Positions 59,653-64,000 of a stretch of DNA of 64,000 nt are shown piece after piece. Source of the DNA: Mobula birostris (lineage: Eukaryota); the NCBI RefSeq assembly GCF_030028105.1, contig NC_092384.1, positions 17,119,629 through 17,183,628 on the forward strand. The letters are read 5' to 3'. The position numbers were made by a program, and so were the translations under genes. The notes beneath the pieces are model-generated. The model was not told the DNA's origin and ran no database searches. It saw only the letters and a list, made by a program, of their open reading frames with translations. The first letter of the stretch is position 1; each line of letters begins with the position of its first letter.

Positions 59653-61064
59653 ACAGGAATTCTGCAGATGCTGGAAATTCAAGCAACACACATAAAAGTT
59701 GCTGGTAAACGCAGCAGGCCAGGCAGCATCTCTAGGAAGAGGTGCAGTCGTCGTTTCAGGCCGAGACCCTTCGTCAGGACTAACTGAAGGAATTTTGAGT
59801 AAGCGATTAGAAAGTTGGAGGGGGAGGGGGAGGTCCAAAATGATAGGAGAAGACAGGAGGGGGAGGGATGGAGCCAAGAGCTGGACAGGTGATAGGCAAA
59901 AGGGATACGAGAGGATCATGGGACAGGAGGTCCGGGAAGAAAGACAGGGAGGGTGGGGGGGACCCAGAGTATGGGCAAGGGGTATATTCAGAGGGACAGA
60001 GGGAGAAAAAGGAGAGTGAGAGAAAGAATGTGTGTATAAAAATAAGTAACAGATGGGGTACGACGGGGAGGTGGGGCCTTAGCGGAAGTTAGAGAAGCCG
60101 ATGTTCATACCATCAGGTTGGAGGCTACCCAGACGGAATATAAGATGTTGTTCCTCCAACCTGAGTGTGGCTTCATCTTTACAGTAGAGGAGGCCGTGGA
60201 TAGACATGTCAGAATGGGAATGGGATGTGGAATTAAAATGTGTGGCCACTGGGAGATCTTGCTTTCTCTGGCGGACAGAGCGTAGATGTTCAGCGAAGCG
60301 GTCTCCCAGTCTGCGTCGGGTCTCGCCAATATATAAAAGGCCACATCGGGAGCACCGGACGCAGTACATCAACCCAGCCGACTCACAGGTGAAGTGTTGC
60401 CTCACCTGGAAGGACTGTTTGGGGCCCTGAATGGTGGTAAGGGAGGAAGTGTAAGGGCATGTATAGCACTTGTTCCGCTTACACGGATAAGTGCCAGGAG
60501 GGAGATCAGTGGGGAGGGATGGGGGAGACGAATGGACAAGGGAGTTGCGTAGGGAGCGAACCCTGCGGAATGCACGGGGGGGAGGGGGGAGAGGGAAAGA
60601 TGTGCTTAGTGGTGGGATCCCGTTGGAGGTGGCGGAAGTTACGGAGAATAATATGTTGGACCCGGAGGCTGGTGGGGTGGTAGGTGAGGACCAGGGGAAC
60701 CCTATTGCCAGTGGAGTGGCGGGAGGATAGAGTCAGAGCAGATGTACGTGAAATGGGGGAGATGCGTTTAAGAGCAGAGTTGATAGTAGAGGAAGGGAAG
60801 CCCCTTTCTTTAAAAAAGGAAGACATCTCCCTCGTCCTAGAATGAAAAGCCTCATCCTGAGAGCAGATGCGGCAGAGACGGAGGAATTGCGAGAAGGGGA
60901 TGGTGTTTTTGCAAGAAACAGGGTGAGAAGAGGAATAGTCCAGATAGCTGTGAGAGTTCCTTCAGTTAGTCCTGACGAAGGGTTTCGGCCTGAAACGTCG
61001 ACTGCACCTCTTGCTAGAGATGCTGCCTGGCCTGCTGCGTTCACCAGCAACTTTTATGTGTGTA
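59653..61064 (-). mobile_element. Penelope-like element with inverted ends and a GIY-YIG endonuclease remnant
   Basis: 13-bp TSD GCTTAAATCAACA (59640-59652 / 61065-61077); YCVRCSRCGLLYIGET-RRLGDRFAEH (60405-60079); RT C-terminus at 60826-60506. Confidence 0.9.
60968..61003 (+). ncRNA. Minimal type I hammerhead ribozyme in a Penelope terminal repeat (intact core)
   Basis: AGTC-CTGACGA-AGG(GTTTCGG)CCT-GAAA-C-GTC-GACT: stem I AGTC/GACT, core CUGANGA, stem II, GAAA, palindromic ACGU stem III, GUC cleavage triplet. Confidence 0.8.
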
Positions 61065-62676
61065 GCTTAAATCAACAGTTCCTCCGGAAAAACGCATATT
61101 TAATCCATCAAGTATAAGATCTTTCGAAAATGTCTGAATTGATAAGGGGGGCAAAAATGGGGAGAAAGAATGGAGATAAAAAAGCACCACTGCAGAGGCT
61201 TTGGAAGAGAGCGGTGCAGCGCGCGGCTCTCCTACACGTGCGCGTGGCGGCGAGGCTGACGATGGGCCTCGTGCAGGTGAAGCGGCAAATATGATAAAGA
61301 TTCTGGAAGAGAGAAGGGATGTCCAAAAAAATATAAAGAGCTCGCCAACGTCAATCAGAAAATAGCGGCGGCAGAGACTCGTATTGAGTCGGAGGAAGAT
61401 CGCGTGCAAAACGTGCAACGGATAATAAGTAAGACGATAAAAATATTAAATCAACAGGAAAATAAATTGTTTGACCAGGAGGGAAGATCGCGACGGAAAA
61501 ATATCAGGATTTATAATGTTCCCAAAGGAGCGGAGCAATTTTCGATGATGGACTTTGTGGACAAGCTGCTGCGCGAAGCGCTGGAGGTTTCCTAGACTAT
61601 GGAGATTGATATTGAGAGGGCGCATCGTTCGCCCGTCCAGCGGCCTCCCGGAGACAAAGTAAGCCACGCTCAAATGTATTTAAATTCCTTCGATTCAAGA
61701 GCAAGGCGGAGATTCTGCGAAGGGCGTAGTGTAAGAAGAGGTTTTTTTTGGAACGGGAATTTAATATACCTTGATCATGATTACTCCCCGGCGGTCACAC
61801 AGAAACGGAAGGAATATTCCGAAGCGAAACGATTATTAAAGCAAGAAAAGATTAAATTCCAAACCCCGTACCCTGCTAAACTGAGGGTATTTTACCAAGA
61901 AGGGATATGACTGTCCCAGACGGTGGAGGAGGCGACTACAGACATGAACAACAGAGGACTGTCCATTAACGTGGTCAAACCAAGGGAAAGTCTGGCTGAG
62001 CAGTTGTCCGGAGCTGCTTGGGAAATAGAAAGTTAACATAGAAAGCAGGGGACGGGAGCAGGACGAGAGAAGGATATTAGGAAGAGACTGTCAGTTCCCC
62101 GACGGCAGCCCTCACCTCCTCCAGAAGAGACATAAGATTTGGCTAACTTTAAAAGTGCTGATAAACTAAACGTAAGCAAAAATAGACCGTGAACTCGAGA
62201 AATATGTGTAATAATGTGGATTTTATATTATGTACTCCTGTTTTAAAAATGCATTTATTCATTCATTTTTCTCCACCTAAATGAGAATACATACATGGGA
62301 GGGATACACAGCAGAACCATTTCTGTGTAATGGACATAGTTTTTTTTTACTTACTTTTCTAGGTACTGCAACGGGGGCTCTCAACCCACTGGTAGGAGGG
62401 GCTATCCCCCAAGGCTAGAATTTTCTTCTAGCCCAACCCAGGGTCATCTAGAGACCCCAGCCTTGGAATCACACCTTCGTTACCTTTTTATTATTATTCA
62501 CGTTTCTTGGCTCTTATTTGTTCAGCGAGTAGATCGATTAAGTAATATTCTGCAAATTCCAATGATATGCTAACATATAATACACATGGCTAAGGACAAT
62601 GTAAAATTCATTTCTTTTAACGTCAGTGGGTTGTTGAATCCAGTCAAGCGCGGTAAAATTCTACCCCAGATGATCT

Positions 62677-63364
62677 CTTGAATTGGAGAGGAGAAGATGA
62701 CGGCGCGACGCAGCTCGCAGTCACCACTCCGGTGATGAATATCTGTTATCTGTCAAGTAGGGTACCGTGCACAATCCTGATTTGATGGAGGCAGACGTGA
62801 GAGTACGGAGGAATATCTGGTGAAATTTCTGAAATGCCTGTTTCGCTGCTGCTGCTGCTGTATGACACAGAATCTCCAGAGGGGAGTGCCCCGAGTCCTC
62901 AACTTTGCTTGTTACTAGGCAGCCGGGGCCGGGTGAAAGCGCTTGGCAGCGATGGTGCTCGGTGCTCGGTGTCGGAGGGCTGATCGGAGGCTCGAAGTTT
63001 TCGGATGGACTCACAGACGGCTGCGGTCAGGTGCTGCCAGTGTACTGCATCGGCAAGTTTGCAGCGCTGGAAGTTCATTGGAGGGAGAGTTTTTCCCTTC
63101 TACCGTCTGCGTGAGATGATGGGCTATAGAGACTTCGAAACTTTTTTTTTTTACCGTTCCTATAGTCTGCTCTTTATCAAATTATGGTATTGCTTTGCAC
63201 TGTTGTAACTATATGTAATGATTATGTGGCTTGTGTCAGTTTTAGTCTTGGTCTGTCCTGTGTTGCTGTGATATCATACTGGAGGAACATTGTATCATTT
63301 CTAATACATGCATTTTAAATGACAATGAACGAGGACTGAGTGTCCTTATAATCTAATCTAATCT
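62677..63364 (+). mobile_element. Non-autonomous Rex-like element (CpG-rich 5' end plus (AATCT)n tail) in L1 ORF2
   Basis: AGAAGATGACGGCGCGACGCAG..CTCCGGTGATGAATATCTG head shared with ~48300; tail aatctaatctaatct shared with ~10850; L1 frame resumes at aaaaagaacaagcc. Confidence 0.7.
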
Positions 63365-64000
63365 AAAAAAGAACAAGCCCATGTGATATATTTACAGGAA
63401 ACTCAGTTAAGGGATAATGAGTATGGAAAATTAAAGAGAATGGACTTCACTAATTTGTTCTTCTCCTCATATAAATCAGGACACAGAAGAGGAGTTGCTA
63501 TTCTCATCTCAAGTTAGCTAAATTTTGAAAAGGAATTCGATATGGGAGATAAGGAGGGCAGATATATTCTGGTAAGGGGGAATATAGGTGGAAATGCAGT
63601 TACTTTATTGAATATATATGCACCCCGAGGAAGTGATATTAGTTTCTTCCAGAAAATTAGTAATATTATGCTAACAGAAACAGAAGGTCTCTTGATATGT
63701 GGGGGAGACATAAATTTACAATTACAACCAAAGTTAGACTCTTCCAACAGAAAAAAGTTATGAAACTAAGTCCTTACATAAGAAAGATAACAATCTTCTT
63801 GAAAATGTTGGTCTAATTGATATATGGAGGGGCCTTTTCCCCGACAGAAGAGATTGCACTCATTATCCTGCCGTCCCATTCCGTATATACAAGGATAGAC
63901 TATTTCATAACATTAGGAAAAGATAGAGACAAAATAAATACCTGTGGAATTGGGACAATAGATGTAAGGGACCATGCAGCTATATATTTATCTGTTGATT

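Larger units (their letters stand above)
59607..64000 (+). mobile_element. L1 LINE 5' portion (5' UTR, broken ORF1, start of ORF2), continuing past the window
   Basis: SRRKNIRIYNVP, IDIERAHR, KFQTPYPAKLRVF; ORF2 ATG at ~62586 SFNVSGL, DKEGRYILV, LLNIYAP, GGDIN; split by Penelope (59653-61064) and a Rex-like insert (~62677-63364). Confidence 0.88.

Overview
Vertebrate genomic DNA, inferred from repeat content to be a cartilaginous fish (probably a ray); about three quarters is transposable-element derived. No prokaryotic features. The key host feature, only partly visible in the ORF track, is a spliced minus-strand gene I reconstructed by hand: leader 25936-25882, V-set Ig with built-in J-like strand 25674-25369, C1-set Ig 20136-19843, TM 19257-19150, cytoplasmic exons 18510-18467, 9774-9664 and 5020-4889. 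All introns are GT-AG with matching phases, giving 1050 nt / 349 aa. It is a non-rearranging VJ-C1 inhibitory receptor (SIRP/NKp30-like) with two tandem tyrosine-motif pairs on apparently duplicated exons that may act as alternative 3' ends. The rest is nested TEs: L1, CR1, Rex1/Babar, R4/Dong, Penelope elements carrying minimal hammerhead ribozymes, Tc1, Chapaev3, a Gmr1-type Gypsy (SCAN-gag, integrase before RT), and four minisatellite-filled solo LTRs. Coordinates were counted by eye; TE boundaries without a stated TSD are approximate.
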